From positions 34,722,001 through 34,786,000 of the forward strand of contig OZ076409.1 in NCBI GenBank assembly GCA_964187785.1: a stretch of 64,000 bases of DNA, in the 5' to 3' direction. The notes below the pieces were generated by a model. The model was not told the origin of the DNA and made no database searches. It was given only the letters and a program-made list of their open reading frames with translations. Of the stretch, positions 37,901 to 50,200 are shown in pieces. Made by a program: the position numbers and the translations under genes. Position 1 is the stretch's first letter. Each line of letters opens with the position of its first letter. Source of the DNA: Amphiscolops sp. MND2022 (Eukaryota).

Positions 37901-38221
37901 AAGAGTCAAAGACGCATTTTAAGTGTGAAAATTCGCTCTCTGCTAATTACCAGAGTGGTAAAAACGCAATTATGTATGCGTGTACATAGCGTCTCCAATG
38001 TTTCGAAAATTGCGAAGTGTTTGAATTGGGGCCGAAAAATTCTGAGCGAGGTTTATGCTCGAATGGGCCTCAAATAAAGGCTCAAAAAGTGTCGAGTTCG
38101 AAAGTTTACTCTGTGAGCTAAAATATCAGAAAGACTATGGGTACTCCGTTGTTTTTGACACACAGAGACGCTATGTACGATTTTGGAAAAGTACTGGAGT
38201 ACACAGGGTCTTTAATCGTCC

Positions 38222-38286
<65 letters not shown>

Positions 38287-41200
38287 TGAGCTAGAAACAA
38301 TTAAAGACTAATTTTCCAAATTAAACCGTTGCCTCGTTCCTTTGCGTGATGAAAACGTTCGGTTTCTGTTCCTTTTCGAGGCTTTATGATGCTCGTATGT
38401 GGCCGAAGATGTCGCGTTTCTTGAACACCATTAAATGGTGTATAATCTTATATACACATTAAAACAACGCCACGAGATTCATCTCATATGATCTATGCCA
38501 TCTGTAAGATGAACAAGTCGGGACCGGCCCAAGTCGGCGCCATATCGAAGGCTCAAAAATAGCTAAAGGGCTTCAAAGTGTCAAAAGTATTTTCTTCTAC
38601 AGCACCCGATTTTTTTTAAAAAAGTCTCACAATGCCGAAAAAAATTGAAAGGGGGGACCCTTTGGGATTTTTCAACATCCGGTCTGTCGCAAAACTCCAA
38701 AAAAATTGTAGGGGGACCTTTTGGGGAAATTTTTTACGATAAAAAAGTCTCGCAATGCCGAAAAAACTTAAAGGGAGGACCCTTTGGTCTCTTCCGGTGT
38801 TGTATGTTACGCGAGAAATCTTTTTGGTTCAGTTCCCTGGGCCAACAGGGGCAATTTAAATTTTTGTAGAACTTCTGGGGCAGACTGACGAAAAGCCATG
38901 ACTATAGTCGACTCTTTTCTCTAGCAAAACGCCGACTATAAATGGCTGATTTCGCTAATTACCTCATTTTCCTAATTAGACTGGATGTTATCTTTATCTT
39001 CAGGTTCAAGACATGCCTGCTTACAATGGTACGTCTGTGGACACTAAAGGATGCTCTTCTATGAACACTTTGAGTTTGCGGATCAAAATTCCACAAACTG
39101 CTGCTGAGAAGTTGGAAGCTTTAGCTAGAGACAGCAGCAACCCTCTCGCCAAATTAGGAATCGCACGAATTTGCGTTGATGGTAAGTTTCGAGGCTTTAA
39201 TTAAAAACTTAACATGGGATTCCAAGGATCCAATTGGAAGTTCAAATCACAAACCAAGCGTCTATCATTCTACAATATTGATTTAAAAATTCTGACCTAT
39301 AATGCATTTTCACCTTCAATTCGACGTATTTCAGGCGAGAACACAATTGAAATCCCACCATATAGTCCTGCTTCCCCTAATAAAATAGGTATGTTTCAGT
39401 TTTCATTGTTTTCTTTTCTTATCTAACTCTTGTGTTTCACTTTATTCATTGTTTGGTTGATCTTAAAGTGCCTGCTCTTGCTGACGTTAACAACCAGTCT
39501 AACAACACAGGGAGTTTTACTCAAACTTTGAGAATCGATACTAATGCCACGAACCCAATCTCGCTCCCATTCGTTGTTAACGTAGAATCAAACGGTAACC
39601 TTTTATGATTTTTTTTGTGTCAATTGCATTGCTTGCCTGTGTGTCATTCATTATCATGCTTTATTTACCCTTCAAATTTGATGTATTTACCGATATAAAT
39701 TCGAAAATTTCCTATTTCCGTTGTTTTTGAGGTGCTTTGGGGTTTCTTTGTCTCCGTTCGCATACATCTTGAAGTTTTTAGTAATTATGCGTAAGCTGAA
39801 ATACTTTGAAACGCGGCCTTTTTGAAAGTGGAGTTTTTTGTTAGTTACATTTGTTATCTTAGCATCTAGTTTAACTCTCTTAGCATAAAGGGAACCGTTT
39901 TTATTGACATGAAGCGAAAAAAGCAGAGAGCTTCGCCTATGTTCAAATAAGAATGCTAAAGGTAATAGTAATAATTCTTTTTATTCAGTAACAAAGCTAA
40001 TGGACGCGGATTTGGATGCTTTCAGTCAAAAATATCAACTTTGCATTTTCGCAGAATTCAATTTTTTTTCCAGAAAAATTCAAATATTTTAGAGAAGTCT
40101 GTTTGCAATGGATTTTGTCCCGAATCTTGTGTGTAAATGATAGATGAACTTTTTGAAACTTATTTTTAGCAGCTGAAGAAATATTGAATTCCGAAGGGGC
40201 CGATTTTCGTGATTGATCCTTTGAATTTGCATAGTATCTTGGATCAATTTGTCAGAATAAGTGTCAATTGTTTTATTTTTCAATTCATAGCCATCATTTG
40301 CACAGCCTGCTCAGTATCAGTGTCAATGTTGCATGAACCGTTGTTTGTGGTATCTTTTTTCGAGTAAAGAAGTTGTCCTTCCAGCTCACTGCTAAGAAAA
40401 TAGCTGGATGGAATCAAGTGAGAAAAAAACAGTGAAGTGTTCTGCGAAATTTCTGTTGATCATATCAAGTTTTTGCGTGGTGGGAAATGGAACTAAAACC
40501 TTAGTGAAAGGATCTATTGTTGAATCCTTATTGTGCCCACCATCAACCATGATTGATACGCTAGGCTACCAAAAAACTAAAGACACTTGATTTGGCCAAC
40601 GACAATTTTCAAAGCGCAATATCTTGTAATATATTCGTTCTACAAAAAGTTCTCAAGAGCAAAAGTCACTCAAGTTTTGATCAGAATTGCAACTGTAATT
40701 TTTGTTTGGAAATCGAATCAAAATTTAAAAATTGTATTTTGAAGAATTTTGGAAATTTCGGAATTCTTGGATCTTTATTACGCAATATCTCAAAAACTAC
40801 TGGTCAGAACAAAAACATCCCTTGATCAGTTTTATAGTCTTGACACCGTACTTAAATTTTCATATTCAACACGTTTTAAAAACGCAATCTAAAATGAACA
40901 GCCAAAAAGTTGTAATTCTGTCGAAAAAATATTTTTGCAGAGTGAGAATTGAAGAATTCGCATTTCGTGTGATCATTCTGCGGCTTGAATTCACGACGAT
41001 AGTGTTTTCAGAAAAAGTTAGAATCGGCAATAGATATCTGAATCAAAGTTACCAAGTTTGTATGTGGCATTTTCAGTCGGCGTTTTCGAAGAAAATCCCG
41101 ACTCTCCAGTGGCTAGTTTTTTTTTCGTCAGTTCAACGCGATCGGTCCACTTTTTTGTTCATTTGTTCAACATCTTACTTAGCCGATGTTAACCCGGATG

Positions 41201-44200
41201 TTACTTCGAATATAATGTTTCAAAGTTCCCATGTTTCAAAGTTCGGATATAACGTTTTCGGATGTTCGGATATAACGTTTTCAAAGTTCCGACATAAACT
41301 TTTCAATGTTGTTTCAAATTTCCGTACTATGAGAGTGTTCAAAGTTCTCATTTTTCGTTTTTTTTTCTGAAACTTTTTTCTCCGAAGGGTCCCTCTTTTT
41401 TGCAACAGAATGAATTTTAAAAAATCGGAAAAGTCCCTTTTCAGCGCGCCAGTTCGGTCCAACTTTTGGGTTTTTTGGGTACTGCAGCAGAGAATACTTG
41501 ACGCTTTGAAGTCCCTGTGCTAATTTTGAGCCTTAGATATGGCGCCGACTTGGGCCGTTCGCGCCTTGTTGTTACGAACAGCGGTTTTCAAGAGATTGCA
41601 TGATAAATTTCGGAAATTGCCAGAAGTCAAAAATAAGCTAAGTGCTAACAAACTTATGGAATTTTTGTTGGATTTCAAAACCAAAAATAGCCCTGTAATT
41701 CTGATCAAAGTTTGAAAAAGTTTTGCTCCTGGGACTTTTGTGTCAATTGATTGCGTAAAAATTTGTTCTTATTTGATATTTTTTTGTCAGCGAAATCTAG
41801 TGTCTTTAGTCAGCGCTTTTATTAATAAAAGAGCCCGACTATTACAGTCACTCGTTTTTTTTAAAGACAGACTCGAAGCGACGAACGTTAAAATTGACGT
41901 TCAACTACTAATTACAATACTAAACTACTGGACCGGCAAACGGGGAGCGCATTTAGGATAGTGCAAAGGGTCCCCTTTCAGTTACTCCATTTTTATCGTA
42001 AGATACAAAACCGGACGAGACTATAGGGTCCCCCCTTTGAGTTTTTCGGCACTGTGCGACTTTTCGAATTTTTTTTTGTCTCCAAAGGGTCCCCCTTCAA
42101 GTTTTTTGATATTTTACAGCAAATTGAAGTTTCATAAAGCCCAAAGGGTTTCCCCTTTCAAGTTTTTCGGCACTATGAGACTGGCTCAAAATTCTTTCTT
42201 TTTCGATTTTTCGTTTTTTTCTCGAATATTTTTTTAAATGTCTCGAAAGGGTCCCCCCTTCAATTTTTAAAATATTTTGTAATATAATAGATATTAAACA
42301 ATCCCAAACACTCCCCTATTTTAGATTTTTTCGGCACTATGAGACTGTTCAAAATTGTCATTTTTCGTCTGAAATTAGGTTTTCTCAGTATATATTTACC
42401 AATAATTTTTCCAAAACTATCCGAAACTTGGACGTAATATCCTGAGTAAAGCGCTATATCCGAATTTTTGACGTTATATCCGATTTATATTCCGTTTTAC
42501 CAAGGAGTAGGCGGAGGTTCAAAAAGCGCTCCCATTTGGGCCAGCACGCTATATCCGAAGTTTGGGACGTTACATCCCGCAACAAATTGGATTTTCAAAA
42601 AAACCCAAAGGGTCCCCTCTTTTACAATTTCAAAAAGTTTGAGCTTTTTGAGCCTTAGATATGGCGCCGACTTTAGACGTTCCCGTCTTGTTAACTTTTT
42701 GGTACCCTAGTGTACAGCTTGAGTTAGTCGATGTTGTATTTTATAGCATCTCTGTTTTAATTTTTTAAATCATCATTTTAATCATTTGTACTTTTTCAAG
42801 GAAAATCTGGAGGAAAGGCGGACTCGGATCAAGTTCGTATTTTAATTTAATTTCTCCTTAAAAGGAGAACAAAAATGTCATTTGCTTATTTGTTTTCAGT
42901 CCTCTAGCAGTGGTAGATCCAGTTCAGTGAAAGCCTCTTATCCCAGATCGAAAGATGTTCTCAAATTGGGCCCTAGCTATATTAGAAGAGGAGCTATTTC
43001 TCCAAAACCACCTAAACGAAAACGAGGTGAGTTTTGAAAATACTTTTACCAATGATTTCACTCAACAATTGGAGCTATCCGACTGCCATTCTTCGCTGTG
43101 TATATTCCATTAGGTTTAGATCTCTTCAAGAATTCGGTGTCGTTCATACTTTATCAGAAATTTTCTTGTACCTGGAAGTGTGTTGACAAATTTTTGCGTG
43201 ATTACATTTTTGATTGAAGTGTAATGTTAAAGTGTATGTGAGGTGTAATGAATGTTCATTAGATCCATCAAGTCATCCTCCATTCGAATGTGATTTGCCC
43301 CCCGACAATCCTCCTCCGCCACCCACCGTTGCTCAGCCACAGACAGTTGTGGGCAACCAGTCACTAATGGTGCAGCTGACGAACCCTGCCTCGGCCACTG
43401 TGACCGCCAGAAACATAGTACTACCAGATCAGGCTGCTGCTGCCCAAAACGTGATATCTGCCATTATCATGTCCAATCTCGCACAATACGAACGCGCGAT
43501 TGATGCAGTATTGCACAAAGCCGCCACTGGCCAAGATCTCACTTGCTATCTAGCCGAAGTGGACCCCACTGCTGATCTAGACAGCATCCCTCCAGTCACT
43601 CCCAAGAGCGTTGATCTGAACACTTCTGACTCCACAAACGCCACTGTGGCCGAGCAACCAGAATCAACCACTTCTGAGCACTCTAACGCAGATTTACAAT
43701 CCAGTCAGATGGCCTTGCAGGCGCAGCAAATGGGTGCGACACAACAAACGCTTGCAAACCCTGGACTTGTTGTGAGGACTGGTCCTCAGGTTGGACCACC
43801 GCCTCAGACGCCAACGGCAGCTGTAATGGGCCCTCACACCCCTACGATGGGAATGCACGGCAGACCCACGATGTGGGGATACGATTCAAGTGCCCCTTCA
43901 CCGCATGGTGCCTACATCATGGCTTCCCCGGGAGACCCTTCAATGGGGTTTGCTCCTCACGACCCGGTAATAAAAATTAATTTGAAGATGTTGATGATTC
44001 TATTTCAACCGATTCCGTTAGTATCATCAGCACATGATGTGAGCTTGCTTTTCATTTTTAAACTGACTTAGTGAATGTTTTTTTTTTGGTTTTTAATCCG
44101 TGTGTGCTTACTGGTTCTTCATTTTTCAGCTCTGGTTTGCGAGCCCACACATAGTGGTATGTAGTAATACTATCGGCCGGTCAAAACATGCTCTAAGTCA

Positions 44201-47200
44201 TTTCTCATCTGCACTCTTTCTGTATCACTTCCAACTATAGCAGCCCCGACCCCAGCCCCACTGGTCTTCATAAACTTTTCTTTCCAAGGGCTTCCAAACG
44301 TGAATTCACGTTTGTCATTAAATTCTGCAAGATTGATTCAAGTGAAAATTCCACCGAAATTTCATAAATTCACATTTTCATTGACCGATTGGACTTTTTG
44401 AACTAGTCGAAGATTTTGAATTTTCTGGTGTTGATCACTTTACTTTGTTTTCCCTTGGTATTTTCTCCAGTCTTTTCATAAAAAGATCCGTTAAGTAGCA
44501 TCCGCTGAAATCGTGATCAAATTTGTGAAATGAATTCAGAACCCGCCGCTACAAAAACTGTTTTTGGAGTCATTTTTAGAATTGGATTTCATTTTGTTGC
44601 CTGGTCGCTGCGACCGTCCGGCGGTTGCTGCTTCTGGACTGCTTTGTAGATCACTTGTTACACAAACAACCGGACACCATCACAAAATGAACATCTGACT
44701 TTGTAACTGTAGTTGCTATAAATATCTTTTGTTGTTTTTCACTACACCTGCTCAACAAAGTGCCGCCCGCCGCAACTTGCAGTTTGATACATCAGAAAAC
44801 TGTCACTTTCTCTGAAAAATGAGCCTGTCATTTTTGGTCTTCAATTAGTTGCTCCTAACTTCTTTGGTCAAGTCACTTCGAAACATTTTAATCTTTGCTG
44901 TTCAATTATACCTTTTTGAAACGTTTGAATGTGAGAAGCTTACGGGGATAGAAATTACTACACGGCCTTTATTGTTTTTTACTTTTTCAATGAAATCACC
45001 GGTCTTTTCAATTGGTATATTGCAGTGCAATTTGAATCACACTTGTTGTTTGAGGCAATTAATCAACGATCAATTTTTCTCAGACAGCCTTCTAGGCTTT
45101 TTGTTTCGTAAGTTGACTCGTTCATTGAGCAATGCGTAATTAGAAATTAGTATTGTACATTCAATTTGGGTTAGTTGCGGTTGAAGCTCGGTGGGGTTTT
45201 CTTTATCACAAAAGGTAAGATATAAATCAGACGCCACCACGGGTGGAGCATCGTTTAGTGTATTATCTATCGTAGAACATGAACCCGACCACTACAGCCA
45301 GTTAGGTTATGCAAGACCGATTGACTAATAGTGTTGTTTTAGATGAGTGGTCGTCCACACCCCAGTCCAGTCAAGATCCAGTCTCCGATGATGCCTCACA
45401 AAATGGCACCTGCTCAAAGCCCCTCTTATGCGCCTAGTAAGTTACTAACCAACCCGTTCTCTCGTCTTCTTATTACGTCGGCGTGAGTCCGAAAATTATC
45501 CAAACAGGCTTTTCATCCAAATGCTTTTTTTCAATGCTTTGAATGCTTCAGAGTGGAAAACAGTCAAAGTTATCACTAACTTACTCACTTTGATTGTCTT
45601 TCACTTTGAAAGTGAATTCCAGTCAAAATGTGTACCATGTTAAAGTGTAAAACAATCAATTTCCGTCTTCGTGTGTAAAGTGGAAACCAGTCAAAGTACG
45701 TAATTGCAGAGAGTGTAAAGTAGTCATTTACTGTATTTTGATCACTACGCGTAACGCCAAATCACACAGTGTAACGAGCAAAACACGTAACGCGTATTTA
45801 GAATAATAACGCGTTTTCATTGGCTGTTAATCGAACTAGCAAGATCTTGCTAGTTCGTTGCGGCATATGTATCGTAATGTTCCGACAAAGTACGCGATCT
45901 TAACAATGTTATCTTAGCTAGGCGAGATGGTTTATGTTGGCAATCGATTGTGTGTTGGCTTATGTAGTTAATTTTTCGCTTAGAGCTTTCGAAACAGTGA
46001 AATCAAAAGTTGATTTTTGCCTTTGTAGCATTGTCTTCTAATCAAGTCTAGAGGATTATTGAAGCAATCTAAATTGCAGTATAATTTCGAAACATATTTC
46101 TAGCTTTTTTTTCAATCATCAGAAAGCTGAAAATCCTGCAGTGTGCCAAATGAGTGATGAGCACATTGATCGATTCTGTAGTTATTGTAAGTTGTTAATG
46201 TTGAAGCATATTTCAGTACTTAAAAGTACATTTTGGTTCGAATAATGCCGCACAGTGCTGAAATTACCCAAAGGTGTGATCCTTTAGGCTCGATATACGC
46301 GTTTGATGAACTGGAAAAAGAAGAACCGAAGCAGGGAAGATCTAGTGAACGGAAAAAAATTGTCGCTTGAAAAGTCGTTCAAAGCCAGAAAAGATCCTTT
46401 CTCAGGATTTGAGTTAGAGAAGTTAGAGACTTGAATTAAAGGTACAAAGTTTGTATCAAACACTTTTTGTTGAAAACGGTGGTTCTCGAGATATTGCATT
46501 TTAAATTTCGAAAAAAAATCAAAGTCAATTATTTTGTTGGCTAATTACACTTGCGATAAGCAAGTGTTATGGGAACGTGCGAATTTTTTTTTCCGGGTGA
46601 CAACTCTCTCATTTCAGACCGCAAGTCGCATAATTCAGACTTTTTTGGTCTAGTGGTAAGATGCTTGCTTTTCAACCCAGAGGGCCTGGGTTCGAACCCG
46701 TGCCTATGCACTATTTTTTTTACAAGCTGTGCTGCTTCCAATACTTGCAATTGTTTTGAAACACTTGCTTTTCAACCCAGAGGGTCTGGGTTCGAACCCG
46801 TGCCTATGCACTAATTTTTTTACAAGCTGTGCTTCTTCCAATACTTGCAATTGTTTTGAAACACATTTTTTAAATGATCAAGTTGAGTTCATGCATTCAT
46901 GTAACATGTAATGATGTACCTAGCAAGGTTTTATTTTTGAGTGTATGAGGTTTACCTGAAAAACGTTCCGGCAAATCTTGGTACAAATCAGCCATAATAA
47001 AAAGGTTTGTTAGGCTGAAGATTGCAGCAGTTGATGTCGACGACGAAATACAAAATTTCAAGAGTTGAGACATGGCGTACCAAGACTGTCGAGTCCGAGA
47101 TTTTAGCAAGTTGCATGTAGAAGGGGTGCGAAACTAGCGAGTCCTTCCCGGGCAGGTCGTTCCGGGCCACCCAAGGTTAAACACATGTAACAAAATATGA

Positions 47201-50200
47201 AACTGAGTTCACCGAATTAAAAATTTTTTTAGTATAATTATGGTTCATTTTGTTTTTCGTATTTTCACAATGTGTTTTGGCGGACGTTTTATGTTACATC
47301 AGTTTATGGATGTTTTCCTATTGCGGAATCATTTGATCCCTAAGATGTCATTTTTTTTGGTCCTCAACTGAGCAGAGGTTGCTGGACTTTTTTTTCGGTA
47401 ATTTAGCTTTTCATATAAAGACTGAGGAAACTTTTCAGGTTGTTTCAACATTTTTTTCGAACTCAGTTGATCCATTTTTTAATGAAACATTATTCTACCC
47501 AAAAATGCCAAATTTAAGTTGCATGTAGAAGGGGTGCGAAACTAGCGAGTCTTTCCCGGGCACGTCGTTCCGGGCCACCCAAGGTTAAACACATGTAACA
47601 AAATATGAAACTGAGTTCATCGAATTAAATTTTTTTTTAGTATAAATATGGTTCACTTGTTTTTCGTATTTTCACAATGTGTTTTGGCGGACATTTTATG
47701 TTACATCAGTTTATGGATGTTTTCCTATTGGGAAATGATTTGATCCCTAAGATGTCATTTTTTGGTCCTCAACTGAGCACATGTTGCTCGCCTTTTTTCG
47801 GTAATTCAGCTTTTCATATTAAGACTGAGGAAACTTTTCAGGTTGTTTCAACATTTTTTTCGAACTCAGTTGATCCATTTTTTAATGAAACATTATTCTA
47901 CCCAAAAATGCCAAATTTAAGTTGCATGTAGAAGGGGTGCGAAACTAGCGAGTCTTTCCCGGGCACGTCGTTCCGGGCCACCCAAGGTTAAACACATGTA
48001 ACAAAATATGAAACTGAGTTCATCGAATTAAAAATTTTTTTAGTATAAATATGGTTCACTTGTTTTTCGTATTTTCACAATGTGTTTTGGCGGACATTTT
48101 ATGTTACATCAGTTTATGGATGTTTTCCTATTGGGAAATGATTTGATCCCTAAGATGTCATTTTTTGGTCCTCAACTGGGCACATGTTGCTCGCCTTTTT
48201 TCGGTAATTCAGCTTTTCATATTAAGACTGAGGAAACTTTTCAGGTTGTTTCAACATTTTTTTCGAACTCAGTTAATCCATTTTTTAATGAAACATCATT
48301 CTATCCAAAAATGCCAAATTTGAAGCGATCGTCCCAATTTTTAACGGACGCCATTCTTGCTTGAATTCACTCAATACGATCTCGAACAGTATCTCTCGAT
48401 GTTGCTCAGAAGAAAACTTTGTTAAACCTAAAATCTGAGACCGCAAACCGGGTTCGACCTTGCCCTGATCCAGTTTTTCTGGATTGTCGAACCTGTGTAT
48501 GGGAAAACCCTGTCCTAGTGGTTAACCTAGTGGTTTTTGAACTGCTCTACAGCCAATTGTTACTTTCCCTGAGTTGTTTGGTTATACTGAATCCTCTTGC
48601 TCAATATACACTTTTTTCGTTACAGGTTACGCTGGAGATGGACCGACTTAGACAAGAGGCTGTTTTTCCAACTTTACAATCTCTGTCCAAGTGTTGCAAA
48701 ATCCGCCTATTGTTCCAAAATGTACAGAGTCTTCGAAAAATTTTTTGCATTGCTACCAAGCAACCATTTTTCGACACTGCAACTTTCAACATTTTCTGTG
48801 AAACTTGGTTGATGTCATCAGACACACTTCCATCCACATTCAATGATATGTTCATCACACGACTTGATTTTCCTACGTGTGATTCGAATCAGAGACACAG
48901 AGGAGGATTTGTAATTTTCTCGAAAGTTCGTCTCGACATAACATCCGAAGTCACGAACAATGTGCAAATAGCATGTTTCGAATTCATGAATCTTCTTTTC
49001 ATTTTTGTTCATCGACGACCGTCAGAAACACCAATATCATTGTTCAAAGAATGTCTTTCTCAGAAGTTTCGCCAACAGAAGAAACCAACCATTGTTATGG
49101 GTGATTTCAATGTAAACTTGAAATGCGACAACAGCTCCTTTTTACGCTTTATGGGGTCAGAAGGTTTCCACTGTCTAATTGATGATACCACCACGAAAGA
49201 GCACACACTTCTTGATCACGTATACTGCAATGAATCGAATCTTCTTCATAAGTTGAACTGTTTTGTGGCCTACAATGTTTATAGTTTCCATGAGCCCATT
49301 GTTTTAGAAGTTTGTGATTGATTTTGTTTCAGTAGTTTAGCTTGTTTATCTTATCTTGAATTATATCCAGCTGAGATGAGAAATTTCGAAACAAGAAAAA
49401 TGATAGCGTATAATGTTTTTTCTCGCTTTTCGATTTTCGGAAATCCAGGCACCATATGTGCAAAGATTTTCGCGCTTAGTCAAAAGCCTACTTCACGTTG
49501 CGAGCCATGATTGCTAACATTTGAGAGAAAGCTTTAGGCCATCTTATCGGGCCGAATGAGTTGCCGGAGTTGTTTTTAAAGAGATTCCACAGTTTGAAGT
49601 TGAAGGCCGGAGGCTCGAGAAGTGAACTCAAGGTTAAAACTCAATAATTTCTATTTTCAATTCCAAATTACAACCCAATGATTTTCTCTTTAGAATTAGT
49701 ACCCACTTTTGTAGTATGATTTATTAGTGCTAATGAATATGATTTATTTTCAGAGGTGTAAAATGCATTTTCGTTGGTAAAATCTCAAATGTTGCCTGGC
49801 AAATAGCGATGTGACGTGTTGTGCTTTAATAAAAGCGATGTGTTTTGCGCTGTGCTGTTGCCTTCGTCAAGAATGCAGGCTTTTTTTCAGAGGAAATCGG
49901 CCACTCAAGACATTTTTTGGCTGGTTCCCCCAACAAGCATTTTCATTTCAGGACCTAATTTGTGTCTTTTTGTGCTGTTTTTAAATTGATCAGTAAGTAA
50001 AAAATTGTCTTGCCTTTTAAGCCATGGTCCTTCGTGTGATATTGCTTATGCGGTTTTTTCAAAATTTGCAACTTCGCAAGTGTTTGCGAAGCACGGCTTC
50101 GCCTCTGTGTAACTTTTGTGAGAACTCAAAACAAAAATGCCCCTGTATTTCTGATTGGAATTTGAAATGGATTTGCGCCAATGACTTTTGTGTCTATCGA

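Larger units (their letters stand above)
46545..50116 (+). mobile_element. Internally deleted Helentron (Helitron2-type) derivative in a host-gene intron
   Basis: 5' end TT-ACACTTGCGA with a local inverted copy GCAAGTGT (46560-46567). 3' subTIR TCGCAAGTGT (50074-50083), hairpin GCGAAGC-ACG-GCTTCGC (50086-50102), then a T-run. Contains an APE exon. Confidence 0.78.

Noticed and set aside
34967..38221. DIRS/Ngaro retrotransposon, prophage or bacterial contamination as the source of the YR
   Set aside because: No RT/RNase H, gag or phage genes lie between the termini, and the element is embedded in continuous eukaryotic sequence.
38055..38300. Poly-Asp and poly-Ile ORFs
   Set aside because: These are translations of the (TGA)21 microsatellite.
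40732..41462. 212-aa and overlapping ORFs
   Set aside because: They run through a HINE-like repeat in an intron, with F/K/S-biased composition typical of AT-rich non-coding DNA.
46645..46710. Functional tRNA gene
   Set aside because: No acceptor stem and poor anticodon-stem pairing; it lies inside a repeat.
48419..48625. N-terminal part of the 300-aa ORF
   Set aside because: Upstream of a clear splice acceptor and has no domain character; likely chance open frame.
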